Both the position numbers and the translations under genes were made by a program. DNA of 64,000 bases from Patescibacteria group bacterium (GTDB taxonomy: Bacteria; Patescibacteriota; UBA1384; XYA2-FULL-43-10; 1-14-0-10-43-13). The stretch lies in NCBI GenBank assembly GCA_041674765.1, contig JBAYVE010000001.1, forward strand, positions 198,177 to 262,176, read 5' to 3'. The notes under the pieces were generated by a model. The model saw only the letters and a list, made by a program, of their open reading frames with translations. It made no database searches and was not told the origin of the DNA. Positions 7,911 through 17,239 of this stretch are shown here, piece after piece; the stretch's first letter is position 1, and the number at the start of each line of letters is the position of its first letter.

Positions 7911-10040
7911 TTGGGAGATTTCAAGATGAGGGGAAAAATAAGAATCAAGTTGCCGCTCTGGGCAAAAATCACTCTGGGTGCGCTGGCTTTGATGATCTGC
8001 TTATTAATAGCGCTATCTATAATTATGCGCCTTTCTCCAATCAAGATCGGCGTACTTTTGAATCTGAGCGGACCGGAGTCTTTGCCCTATAGACAAGTTC
8101 TTGAGTGGGCCCGTGAAAACACTGGCCGGAATATCGAGCTTGTTTATGTCGACTCGAATGGCGGCGATATTATGGAAAAAGCCAAGACGCTTTTGGACGA
8201 TCACAGCATTCGTGTGGTGATCGGACCGCAAAACTCTGACGAAGCGATGGCCTTGGCTCCGCTCTTTATTGAAAAGAAGAAATTGCTAATCAGTCCGACC
8301 ACTACCTCTGGCGATCTCTACCGGGCGTTCGCAGGAGAGGAATATTTCTGGCGGACAGTCGAATCAGATGTGGCTCAAGCCAGAACAATTATGGATATTC
8401 TGGCCGAGAAGGGCACAAAAAAAGTCGCTCTAGTCTATGCCGACACTTCTTATGGCAAAACTTTTTACGATTGGATCGGCTTCTATGCGACTGAAAAAAA
8501 TATTGAGGTGACTTCGATTCAGGCGCTAAAGACAAACCCGGATTATGATACTTTGGCCGCCAATGCGGCCATGGGCGAGCCCGACTATATTATTTTGACT
8601 ATGCCTCCCAAAGATTCGATCGAGCTGAAAAACCGCTTCGACAAAAACAACGTAAAATCGAAACTTTTTCTAACTGACTTGAGTCAATTTGATTCTCTGA
8701 TAGCAGAGCTTGGCGAGAGAGCTGAGGGCTTAGAATCTACCGGCCCTTCAACTGATCCAGAAAGCGGATTTGAGAAAGCTTACAGGGAAAGATTTAGTGA
8801 AGACCCGCCGATCATGATGGCTTCGACCTATGACGCCTTTATGATGGCGGCTACAACTCTCGCGAGACAAGAATACGCTCATAGATATTCACTTCTACCT
8901 TTTTCCGTCAAGGAGAATACTGCTACATCTCTTAAGCAAATTCTTTTTGGTGATATTGGCGGCAATGAATTTCGCTGGGATGAACTTGGACCAATGCTTG
9001 ATGATATTGGCCGCGGCAATATTCCTACATTGACAGGCGCTACCGGCATCGTTGCCTACGACAAAGAGAAAGGGGTTGATCCGGTCGGCACCTTTTACGC
9101 TTACTCGATTGTGAAAGACGGCAAATTCCACATCGAGCGCTTGATTTCCGCCAACAAGGGCAGAACCGTTTCGGCCGCCGGCACTATTGCAAGCGATCAT
9201 TTGGCCTATATTTCCGATACTGATACACAAACCAATTTGCCGGAGAAGAAGGATCTGCAAGCCGTTATCATTGCCACGACCGACCAATGGCAAAACTATC
9301 GCCATCAATCCGACGCCTTTGCCATGTATCAGCTGCTTAGAAGTAATAATGTCCCTGATGATAAAATCACACTCTTTTTGATCGACGATATCGCAAATTT
9401 TTCGAAAAATAATCCAAAACCCAGTCTCTTCCATATCAAAGACGGCTCGGATAATTACTCAAGCTCGGCAATTGATTTTTCGGGGGATAAAGTGACGGCC
9501 GAGAATCTAAAACAAACTCTTCTAAATTTGGACAGCGACAACCAAACAAATTTACTGGTTTATGTTGCCGGCCATGGCGGGACGGGTAGCAATTCTACTG
9601 ATTCAGCCAATAATCAGCTTGGAGATGAGGGGATCATCCGCTTCTCCAATGGCAATAATATGACCTCGACCGAATTAAAATCCGTCATTGAAGAAATGGC
9701 TGGCAAGCAAAAATACCGCCAGATGATGGTAGTCTTAGAGACCTGTTTTAGCGGCGCAATGGGTAAGGATATCACAACTCCAAATGTCCTCTTTATGACT
9801 GCGGCCTCCGATCAGGAGGTCTCCTATGGCGCCAACTATAGCCCGAAGATCAAACAGTGGCTCGCAGATAATTTTACTTACCAATTAATCGCCCAAATCA
9901 ATAAGGATCCCGAATCTTCAATCGCCGACCTTTACAGTAAGGTGTACAAAAATGTCCCCGGCTCCCATGTAACGCTATTGAATTGGAAAAACTTCGGCAA
10001 CCTGACAAAAACACCGATCAGCAGCTTCTTGAGACCGTAA
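7911..10040 (+). CDS. fusion protein: N-terminal TM anchor, type-I periplasmic binding protein-like (Leu/Ile/Val-binding, ANF-receptor-type) domain, and C-terminal peptidase C13 (legumain/GPI8-like) domain
   Basis: TM helix ITLGALALMICLLIALSIIM. PBP1 signatures IKIGVLLNLSGPESL..VVIGPQNSDEAMALAPL. C-terminal NYRHQSDAFAMYQ..DDIA, catalytic-type VYVAGHGG and ETCFSGAMG, matching the legumain His/Cys dyad context. Confidence 0.7.
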   Translation: MGDFKMRGKIRIKLPLWAKITLGALALMICLLIALSIIMRLSPIKIGVLLNLSGPESLPYRQVLEWARENTGRNIELVYVDSNGGDIMEKAKTLLDDHSIRVVIGPQNSDEAMALAPLFIEKKKLLISPTTTSGDLYRAFAGEEYFWRTVESDVAQARTIMDILAEKGTKKVALVYADTSYGKTFYDWIGFYATEKNIEVTSIQALKTNPDYDTLAANAAMGEPDYIILTMPPKDSIELKNRFDKNNVKSKLFLTDLSQFDSLIAELGERAEGLESTGPSTDPESGFEKAYRERFSEDPPIMMASTYDAFMMAATTLARQEYAHRYSLLPFSVKENTATSLKQILFGDIGGNEFRWDELGPMLDDIGRGNIPTLTGATGIVAYDKEKGVDPVGTFYAYSIVKDGKFHIERLISANKGRTVSAAGTIASDHLAYISDTDTQTNLPEKKDLQAVIIATTDQWQNYRHQSDAFAMYQLLRSNNVPDDKITLFLIDDIANFSKNNPKPSLFHIKDGSDNYSSSAIDFSGDKVTAENLKQTLLNLDSDNQTNLLVYVAGHGGTGSNSTDSANNQLGDEGIIRFSNGNNMTSTELKSVIEEMAGKQKYRQMMVVLETCFSGAMGKDITTPNVLFMTAASDQEVSYGANYSPKIKQWLADNFTYQLIAQINKDPESSIADLYSKVYKNVPGSHVTLLNWKNFGNLTKTPISSFLRP

Positions 10041-10077
10041 TACTGATTCAGGAGAATACCCTCCTTACCTTATTGTC

Positions 10078-10130
10078 AAAACCGCCGTGCCACGCCGTAG
10101 CTCCGCCAGCTGGCGGAAGCGAAGGATGGT
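10078..10130 (-). repeat. interspersed core-repeat copy (reverse orientation) with a CCGCCAGCTGGCGG palindrome
   Basis: AAACCGCCGTGCCACGCCGTAGCTCCGCCAGCTGGCGGAAGCGAAGGATGG. Inverted partner at 11180..11219. Confidence 0.5.
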
Positions 10131-10403
10131 ACTTAATTATGTAGCGTCCCCTAACCCCTATAAATTCAGAATCTTCAACATGGAACTCTTGAAGTTTGAA
10201 CAGTTTAATGAAACAACTTTCCGTGGGTAGGCTCCTTGTATTAACTTGCTGGTTATCACAATTAGTCTACCCTTTTTCGTTTTAAGCATAAAACGAGATT
10301 GGTAGTACCACATTATTTAGTATAGAGCCAGTTAATTCTTGATAGATTATTCATTTTATGCTATGGATACTAGTATCAAACCCAGGGCAAGGAGGGTATC
10401 ATA

Positions 10404-11012
10404 ATGCCTGACAACTTACGAGACGCAGTCGACCTGCTGCTCAAGCTTCGGCCTTCTTATGTGAAGGCAGTCTGCTATCTGCTTCAGGATCTAGCCGGAG
10501 CCTCCTGTGAAAGTGCTCTTGAATTCTTCAGGTCTGTCCTTGTACAGGAATACTGGACAACAACAGTTCCCAGTGTCGAGACATTCGACGTTGGCGCACA
10601 TTTCAGAAAAGGAGAAACTGACGGTGTGAAGATTGCTTATTTTGGAATCATCAGTCCTTTGCAGATAGATGGTATCGTCGAGGAAAATGTCCCAGAGCAA
10701 ACCCTTGGATTCTGTCAGACAAAAAGGGCTTGTGGCTTTGCGGAGATTGCCGATGCTTTCCATCAACCTACTACCACCTACTTTGCTCATATCTGGAGTC
10801 TGATGAAGGAAGAAGCCCCAGAGTTCATGGGTGAATCAAAGTCATTCATTGTAGAAGTGGCGGGAAAAAAGCTGCATGTTTCCTGCAGTGATAGCGAAGG
10901 CACCTCCTACAATGATAAAGGGTGGCACATACATATCTGTATCTTGGGCGAGGAGGGGTATATTCAGCACAAAGGTACAAAGGTTGCTTTCCCACTCTTT
11001 TTGGAGCAGTAG
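10404..11012 (+). CDS. hypothetical protein (GC-rich relative to neighbours)
   Basis: 202-aa ORF with SD AAGGAGGGT upstream and a strong terminator downstream. Confidence 0.45.
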   Translation: MPDNLRDAVDLLLKLRPSYVKAVCYLLQDLAGASCESALEFFRSVLVQEYWTTTVPSVETFDVGAHFRKGETDGVKIAYFGIISPLQIDGIVEENVPEQTLGFCQTKRACGFAEIADAFHQPTTTYFAHIWSLMKEEAPEFMGESKSFIVEVAGKKLHVSCSDSEGTSYNDKGWHIHICILGEEGYIQHKGTKVAFPLFLEQ

Positions 11013-11039
11013 CAAAACCGGAATAAAATAGAATACCGA

Positions 11040-11078
11040 GACCTTCCCTGCAAATGCGCGGGAAGGTCTATTTTTTTT
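11040..11078 (+). terminator. rho-independent terminator
   Basis: GACCTTCCCTGCAAATGCGCGGGAAGGTC followed by TATTTTTTTT. Confidence 0.75.
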
Positions 11079-11179
11079 AAAACAAAAAAGTTTTCAAAAA
11101 TTCTTATTCAACTTTTTTGGAGGAGTAGCTTTTTGATTTCTGTGATTTTGTTTTTTTGGGGATGCTACACTTCCAAGCG

Positions 11180-11219
11180 CCATCCTTCGCCAAGCCTACG
11201 GAGTGGCACGGCGGTTTTG
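11180..11219 (+). repeat. interspersed core-repeat copy (forward)
   Basis: CCATCCTTCGCCAAGCCTACGGAGTGGCACGGCGGTTTT. Confidence 0.5.
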
Positions 11220-11388
11220 ACGATATTACTGGTATGGCTACCCAAGAATCCAAGCGGTTGCTATAATGTAACCATTGCAAAAATCTAAAAACAAAAAGAA
11301 AAAATGGTTAACCAGAGGTTTCTTGGTGGGTTTTTTGGCAGGGATTGAACATGTAAGTTCTAAGTTAATTAAACAATTGGAGGGGGCA

Positions 11389-11793
11389 ATGAAATCGAGC
11401 AAGAAAAATGTGTTTAAGATCACAAATTTTATCATTGGAACAGTGCTCGGGATTATCTTGGTTATCGCCGGCACTTTTGTGTATTTTCAAATAAATATTT
11501 CTACTCATAGTTTTCCCCCGGCAAATGGCGGGACGGGTGTCAACTGTGGTGAAACAGCTACCAAAGATTTTTTCCAATGCTTCGAAAGTGGCAAAAACAG
11601 GCTCGACTGTTACTTTAGCTGGGCTGCCAACATAAAGGCTTGCCAGCCACGACCCACCATGGCAGAGTGCTCTAATTATTTTGTCCCACATTATAATGAA
11701 TGTGTAGCTAAATGCTTCAAGTGGGAATGTAATATCGGTTGCAACCGGGAGCTGGCAACACTTCAGAATGGTTGCTTTTATACACTATGGTGA
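11389..11793 (+). CDS. membrane-anchored cysteine-rich protein, member of the KK-TM-PPTNG / hypervariable Cys-rich family
   Basis: SD GGAGGGGG before the ATG at 11389. Lys-rich N-terminus, TM helix IIGTVLGIILVIAGTFVYF, PPANGG motif, then 12 Cys in 80 aa. The longer 11275 start is less likely. Confidence 0.5.
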   Translation: MKSSKKNVFKITNFIIGTVLGIILVIAGTFVYFQINISTHSFPPANGGTGVNCGETATKDFFQCFESGKNRLDCYFSWAANIKACQPRPTMAECSNYFVPHYNECVAKCFKWECNIGCNRELATLQNGCFYTLW

Positions 11794-11847
11794 GCATTTA
11801 ATAACTTTGAATTATATTCAAAGAGCGCAAGTGTGGTATGTAGCTCC

Positions 11848-11912
11848 GACAGATTCCCGCCTTCCGCCTTCGCTCGCTTGAGCTACGGAGGGACAAGTCG
11901 CGGGAATGACAA
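11848..11912 (+). repeat. hairpin element GATTCCCGC/GCGGGAATGAC with the core insert in its loop
   Basis: ACAGATTCCCGCC-TTCCGCCTTCGCTCGCTTGAGCTACGGAGGGACAAGT-CGCGGGAATGAC. Near-identical copy at 13219..13281. Confidence 0.55.
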
Positions 11913-12181
11913 TACATAGACATGAGATCTACTGATGGAGCTTACCTCGAACTCGGAGCCCGAAATGACGGTAAAAACTAGATCCCCGGATCAAGTTCGA
12001 GTATAACAACCGTAGCTTGGATTAGTCCAAGTCCGAGAGCCTGCACTCGACTCGATTAGGGAAATGGACTCCAGCAAAAGTCAGAATTAGCCGCAAATAT
12101 GGCTTTTCCGTCAGCTGGCGGATGAAGTGTTCCCGGCGCTCAGTTAAAACTATAATAAAAGCTAATCTTAATGCCAAGATT

Positions 12182-12541
12182 TCAGTCTGTGTCTGCAAGT
12201 TCGCCCTGTGCGATGTCTATAAGCAAGTCTGCTAGATTTTGCAATGCAGTACATCTGGCATTCCCTTCTTGGACGCCACTTGTAGAAAGTCGAACATGGG
12301 TTGGTATTTGAGCCTCAAATTCACGGGCTATAGTAAATAAATCTTCGGTGGAGGCATCTAAAATCCGCTCGAGTTTCTCTTGGATTTCCTCCTCTCCAAA
12401 ATTGGCTGCCTCTAGTAGTTTTCTTATACTATCTTCAGCGTTCAGTAATTGCTCACGGGGATCCACGGGGACTTTGCCAGGGTCACCGGAATCATCAATA
12501 ACTTGTTCCAACGGCAAGGACCCATAATCTTCAAAAGCCAT
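12182..12541 (-). CDS. hypothetical acidic protein
   Basis: 119-aa ORF rich in D/E. Confidence 0.35.
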   Translation of the reverse strand: MAFEDYGSLPLEQVIDDSGDPGKVPVDPREQLLNAEDSIRKLLEAANFGEEEIQEKLERILDASTEDLFTIAREFEAQIPTHVRLSTSGVQEGNARCTALQNLADLLIDIAQGELADTD

Positions 12542-12863
12542 ATTCTCCCTTTTGTTAATTACTTATTTGAATGATTACAGGATAACAAAATGCCAAACAT
12601 TTAGCAATTTGGCACTCCTTTATAGGGGCGCTCCCAAAACGAAGCAAGATTCTCAATAGACCATTTTTGGCAAAAAAGCCAGGAGATACTAAGCACTGAC
12701 AGATCCCCGGGTCATGGCGTTGCTTGCCCAAGGATGACAGTATAAGCAAGAACTAAGTCAAGGATTTATAGTCTATCGCTTCCAACCACATTCTCTATCA
12801 TTTCTGTCCACATTCAATGGCATTCACGCTACACTATTTCTGTCATTCCAGCCCTCTTCAAAT

Positions 12864-12888
12864 GTCATTCCCGCGCAGGCGGGAATCT
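12864..12888. repeat. short form of the GATTCCCGC hairpin element (no core insert)
   Basis: TGTCATTCCCGCGCAGGCGGGAATC. Second short copy at 13332..13357. Confidence 0.5.
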
Positions 12889-12914
12889 CTGATGGGTAAG
12901 CTCTGGCGGTAAAC

Positions 12915-13208
12915 TTACGAAGAGATGATCTCCGAATACAAATCACGCATTTCCGGGTTATCTTTTCTTATCAAATTAAGCTTCCACTCTCTGTTCCATT
13001 TTTTGATTTGTTTTTCTTTCGTAATCGCACTATTAATATCGCTGCAAGAATCGAAATAGAGAAGGTGCTTAATATTATATTTTTTGGTGAAACCATCAAC
13101 TAGACCTTCTTTGTGTTGGTAAACTCTTCGAATTAAATCATTGGTAACTCCGACATAGAGAGTTAGGCTTATGCTGCCCATAATGTAAACATAGTATTGT
13201 TTTTGCAT
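12915..13208 (-). CDS. GIY-YIG family nuclease (UPF0213-like small standalone)
   Basis: YYVYIMGS..LYVGVTNDLIRRVYQHK is the GIY-YIG signature. 97 aa. Confidence 0.8.
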   Translation of the reverse strand: MQKQYYVYIMGSISLTLYVGVTNDLIRRVYQHKEGLVDGFTKKYNIKHLLYFDSCSDINSAITKEKQIKKWNREWKLNLIRKDNPEMRDLYSEIISS

Positions 13209-13218
13209 GGTTGCTTCA

Positions 13219-13281
13219 GCAGATTCCCGCCTTCCGCCTTCGCTCGCTTGAGCTACGGAAGGACAAGTCGCGGGAATGACC
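13219..13281 (+). repeat. hairpin element with core insert (copy of 11848..11912)
   Basis: AGATTCCCGCCTTCCGCCTTCGCTCGCTTGAGCTACGGAAGGACAAGTCGCGGGAATGAC. Confidence 0.55.
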
Positions 13282-13377
13282 TACTAATGTTGTAAAAGTT
13301 TCGGCAGATTGCCCAAGGAATTTACCCCCGACAGATTCCCGCCTGCGCGGGAATGACACAGGGATTGTGGGGATGGG

Positions 13378-14457
13378 CTATTTATACTCCGCATAGTAGA
13401 TACCTTTTTCGTGCTGGCCGAAGTACATAAACCAATTATCACTGATCTTTATAAAAGTCGGGTCACTCGCTGGATTGGCTACAAATACAACTGATTTATC
13501 ATTGTTGTTGGTCCAGACAAATTCCGGGGTGGAGAAAGTGCCATTTTCATATTTGGAGTGATAAATACCATTATAGCTCCAAAAATAAGCACGAATCTCT
13601 GTCTCGCCGGTCGCTTCATTTGTCCAGCTAACAAATTCTCCGCCATCAGCAAAATTATACAATTCATCATTTCGCGAATCGATTGCCAGTCCCTTCTTTT
13701 CAAAAGTAAGCCCATCATTTGAAATTGCATAGAAATATATCTGCGTGTTGTTATTTGGAACCTTCATCGTGCCTTGATAAGGCTGATTGATAGTACCGCG
13801 ATAAATCATAAGATAGGTGCCATCCGAAAGCTGAATAGTGGAAGTTGCGCCGACATTTTCTAGAGTAAAGCCAGTCTCATCTTTATCTATTCTAGCACCA
13901 GCTTCATCAGTGAACTTTAGTCCATCAATAGAAACTGCACTTTTGACCACGCCGCTATTTTGAAAATACATTCGCCATCGGCCATCCGGAAGTTTTATAA
14001 CATCAGCAAAGGTCGATTTTCGCTTTATTTCTCCTTCATCTGTCCAATTGATTCCATCAGAAGAAACCGCCGAGAATACACGCGCTTGGAAATCGTTTAC
14101 TTCTGGCTCTTCTGAGTAGTACATCCGATATTGGCCGTTACCCGGATCAACGATTTCAGAATCAGCGTATTTACCGGCAATGGCCACGCCGCCCTCCTGC
14201 CAAGTCTTAGCTATCTCGGTGGTACCGATAGTAGAGTCATCTTCGTTGGCAACGGTTTCTTTGGCATCTTTGGGCCACAAAAAGTAGGCAGCCGCCCCTA
14301 CCACGATAAGGACTGCAATAAGCAAGATAATCAGCCCTAGTTTCTTTTTGTTGCCATTAACTTCAATAGCTTCTATTTCCTGATCCATTTCCCTCCAAGT
14401 ATATTTATAAATATTTAGTTGATGCTTGCTTATTCGTGTAGCGCCCTCGCTTTGCAT
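13378..14457 (-). CDS. membrane-anchored Asp-box (BNR) beta-propeller protein, paralog of 1874..2902
   Basis: N-terminal TM helix. SSDGINWTDEGE, SIDGLKF, SNDGLTFEKKG Asp-box-like repeats. Confidence 0.5.
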   Translation of the reverse strand: MQSEGATRISKHQLNIYKYTWREMDQEIEAIEVNGNKKKLGLIILLIAVLIVVGAAAYFLWPKDAKETVANEDDSTIGTTEIAKTWQEGGVAIAGKYADSEIVDPGNGQYRMYYSEEPEVNDFQARVFSAVSSDGINWTDEGEIKRKSTFADVIKLPDGRWRMYFQNSGVVKSAVSIDGLKFTDEAGARIDKDETGFTLENVGATSTIQLSDGTYLMIYRGTINQPYQGTMKVPNNNTQIYFYAISNDGLTFEKKGLAIDSRNDELYNFADGGEFVSWTNEATGETEIRAYFWSYNGIYHSKYENGTFSTPEFVWTNNNDKSVVFVANPASDPTFIKISDNWFMYFGQHEKGIYYAEYK

Positions 14458-14463
14458 ATTTAG

Positions 14464-16182
14464 CTAATTCTTTTTCACATAATCGGCAAAATACGCCGGA
14501 TTGAGTTTTTCTCCGGTTGATTTTTCTATCATTTTTTGCCAGGGATATTTGGCGCCGAGTGAAAAGACTTCTCTTTGGAAATATTCGCCGATCTTTTTCT
14601 CTCCCGAGTAGCTTGCAAACTTTTCAGAACCTTTTGCTATGTTGTTATCAATATAGTGGCGAAATTGAGCGGACAGGAGATAGCCAAGCATGTAGTTATG
14701 ATAATATACCGGTGTCTGGATAACATGTATTTTGGTTGCCCAGTCGGGCATATCACGATTCTCCGGCCGGTTTACGAGCTGGTATTTCTCTACCAAACCC
14801 CACCACAGTTTATTCAAATCCTGATCGGGGTTTTCGTACATTGCTTTCTCGAAGCGATACATTACCTGCGTCCAGCGTGAAAAAATCAAAGCGTTCAAAC
14901 GATTGTATTCCGAAGCAGCGGAGCTAACTTCAGCGATTTTACCCGCCTCAATGTCAAAACTTCCTTTCACCCACTCAGGAGAATAGACCATATCTTCAAA
15001 AAAGAGGGCGACGGCTTCGGTGGTAAAAATATGAGCCGGCGTTCGAAGTTCCCACGGCAACTGTGGATCTATTTTTTGGTCGTACAGAGCGTGGCCAAAT
15101 TCGTGAAGCGATTTTGCCATCCAATAATTGTTGTTTTCCAGATTGACAATCACTCGGATATCATCGCGTCTGTCCATATTAAAGGCGACGGCATGCTGGT
15201 ATTTTCCGTCTCTCTGATAGAGATCGCTTTTTTCTGCCAACGGATCGATAGGCAATCCTAAGCTATTGAAATAATCTTTGGCCAAAGTCAACACATTCTT
15301 ATCTTTGTACAATTCATCCAAGTCGACGCTCAAGATGCGAGGTACTTCCTGAAAATAGCGGTTTTGATAGTGCCAAGGACGAAGATCCTCTACTTTAATC
15401 TGATATTTTGAGGCGAGCGCCTCGTCGATTGACGCTTTTGCCTCCGCATAAATTTCTCCGGTTGCGAGATCCAAATCGTCAAAGATCTTGTCCATCTCTG
15501 TGGGATCCTGCTCCGAGAGGGTCAGTGTCATCTTTTGAAAATCGGAAAAGCCTAGATCGCGAGCGATTTCGTTTCTGATTTTCGCCATTTTCACAATCTC
15601 TTGGCTGGTTAGATCGCCGATTTTTTTGCTTGCCTCCCAAACTTCTTTTAATTCATTCGAATTTGTCGAGGTCTTTAAGATATTTTCCACTTCGTTATCA
15701 GTGATTTCTTTCCCATTCAAAGAAGGTCGAAAGGTATTAAACTTCTGCTCGAGTTCACTTTGAGTTATTGTAATTTTCTCAATTTTTTTCTCATCTGATT
15801 GACTGGATATAAAACCAGCGTACTGGATATCCAATTGCCGTTTCAGAAGAGGGTCTTTGATATGACCGGCTTCTTTCCATTTTTTTAGCTTCAAAAAAGC
15901 ATCCTTATCCAAGAAAATCTTTTCCATTTGCAGATTTAGTTCAGTCGATTTCTTGTAATCTTCCTCCCGGCCGGAGGCCAAAGCAGTAAAATATGCGATG
16001 TTGGCTTCCTTTTCCAGGGGGATAATACGGTTTTCGTATGAGGCAAGAAATTCTTTGTACCCGGCTTCTGCCCGATAAGTTTTTGCTACCGGATATCCCA
16101 CGATAACAAATAAAATAGTAGCTACCAGAGACGTTAAAACATACCATAGAATTTTTTTTATTTTAAACATTTCCTCCCTCAT
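14464..16182 (-). CDS. zinc metallopeptidase, M3 (oligoendopeptidase F)-like or M32-like, with N-terminal TM anchor
   Basis: HEFGHALYD zinc-binding motif. 572 aa. N-terminal hydrophobic helix. Confidence 0.55.
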   Translation of the reverse strand: MREEMFKIKKILWYVLTSLVATILFVIVGYPVAKTYRAEAGYKEFLASYENRIIPLEKEANIAYFTALASGREEDYKKSTELNLQMEKIFLDKDAFLKLKKWKEAGHIKDPLLKRQLDIQYAGFISSQSDEKKIEKITITQSELEQKFNTFRPSLNGKEITDNEVENILKTSTNSNELKEVWEASKKIGDLTSQEIVKMAKIRNEIARDLGFSDFQKMTLTLSEQDPTEMDKIFDDLDLATGEIYAEAKASIDEALASKYQIKVEDLRPWHYQNRYFQEVPRILSVDLDELYKDKNVLTLAKDYFNSLGLPIDPLAEKSDLYQRDGKYQHAVAFNMDRRDDIRVIVNLENNNYWMAKSLHEFGHALYDQKIDPQLPWELRTPAHIFTTEAVALFFEDMVYSPEWVKGSFDIEAGKIAEVSSAASEYNRLNALIFSRWTQVMYRFEKAMYENPDQDLNKLWWGLVEKYQLVNRPENRDMPDWATKIHVIQTPVYYHNYMLGYLLSAQFRHYIDNNIAKGSEKFASYSGEKKIGEYFQREVFSLGAKYPWQKMIEKSTGEKLNPAYFADYVKKN

Positions 16183-16205
16183 TTTTTCATAGATTAGAAT
16201 TCAAT

Positions 16206-16610
16206 TCATTCAAACCTGCAGGTTCCTTTGCATTCGTCATATTGGGTATCGCATTTGGTAGAATTTGAGCCAAAGGTCATCCGGCAATTTCTAAGCTTGA
16301 CATCGCATTTACTGGAGACGCATTCGTTAGTGCATTTTTGGGATTCTTTTTGGCACCTCCAGTAGTCCTTGGTGTTGTTGTAACAGCAAGTTTGGAAATT
16401 CCGGCACATACTCGGGTCTGACCAAATATTGTTTGAATTCCAACCGCAAAAACCGTAGCCTCCGCCGTTTGTTGGCGGCAGGAGAGTCTTGCTGCAAGAA
16501 AAGAAATAGTTATAGGCAAAGAAGCCGGCAGCAATGATAGCCAAGCCGACAACAAAACCAATGATTCCGCCCTTAGTTAAAAATCGCTTTTTCGCTTTAT
16601 TTTTTGTCAT
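16206..16610 (-). CDS. membrane-anchored cysteine-rich protein (family member 1)
   Basis: MTKNKAKKRFLTKGGIIGFVVGLAIIAAGFFAYNYF..PPTNGG, then 16 Cys. Confidence 0.55.
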   Translation of the reverse strand: MTKNKAKKRFLTKGGIIGFVVGLAIIAAGFFAYNYFFSCSKTLLPPTNGGGYGFCGWNSNNIWSDPSMCRNFQTCCYNNTKDYWRCQKESQKCTNECVSSKCDVKLRNCRMTFGSNSTKCDTQYDECKGTCRFE

Positions 16611-16732
16611 TTATCCCTCCTATCTATATTATATAACGTAACCGCTCAATGTTATTTCAGTTTTACTCTTACTTTGTAGTCCAGACTTTAGTCTGTTTTA
16701 TTATTTACAAGCTTACTACTTCGTTAAAGCTA

Positions 16733-16800
16733 CCATCCTTCGCCCTACGGCTACGGCATGGCATAGCGAAGGACAAGCTAAAGCTTGGGCTACGGTGAGT
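16733..16800 (+). repeat. interspersed core-repeat copy
   Basis: CCATCCTTCGCCCTACGGCTACGGCATGGCATAGCGAAGGACAAGCTAAAGCTTGGGCTACGG. Confidence 0.45.
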
Positions 16801-16831
16801 GGTTACCTCGCGGCACTACGGCGGTTGCGAT

Positions 16832-17239
16832 TTATTGCCATTTGAACCCGCAAGCCTTCCTACATTTACCGAGGTTTTCGGTGCAGTGATACCATTCCGG
16901 ACCGTTTTCATCATAGGCCGCGTCACATGCTTCAAATTTGGCCTCACAGCAATCATGGCAAGTATCGATGCATTTATCTTTTTCCTTGGTGCACCCGGTT
17001 AGGCAGGGAATAAATCTATTGCACGTGCCGTTGCAGCATCTGCTATATTCAGCGCAATTTCCGGTGCAATTATCGCTGACATTCCAAGCGCACTCACCGT
17101 TGGTTGGCGCGTTACCGCAAGAAAAGTAATTGTACGTAAAGAATCCTCCGACGATCAGAACCAACCCGACGATGAAACCAATCACTCCGCCTTTGGTTAA
17201 AAATCGCTTTTTGTTTCCAGGTAGTGAAAATTTTGTCAT
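16832..17239 (-). CDS. membrane-anchored cysteine-rich protein (family member 2)
   Basis: ..NKKRFLTKGGVIGFIVGLVLIVGGFFTYNYF..APTNGE, then 19 Cys. Start overlaps the stop of the upstream GIY-YIG gene. Confidence 0.55.
   Translation of the reverse strand: MTKFSLPGNKKRFLTKGGVIGFIVGLVLIVGGFFTYNYFSCGNAPTNGECAWNVSDNCTGNCAEYSRCCNGTCNRFIPCLTGCTKEKDKCIDTCHDCCEAKFEACDAAYDENGPEWYHCTENLGKCRKACGFKWQ

Noticed and set aside
8895-9434. 179-aa antisense ORF inside the PBP-legumain gene, plus similar antisense ORFs at 4077..4430, 35627..36040, 38002..38454, 48373..48849, 52144..52455 and 57005..57286
   Set aside because: Each lies fully within a well-supported long gene on the opposite strand. They have no RBS and no recognisable motif. 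Typical shadow ORFs.
16277-16561. 94-aa ORF in an alternative frame of the Cys-rich gene 16206..16610
   Set aside because: Same strand, different frame. Lacks the family N-terminal signature present in the chosen frame.
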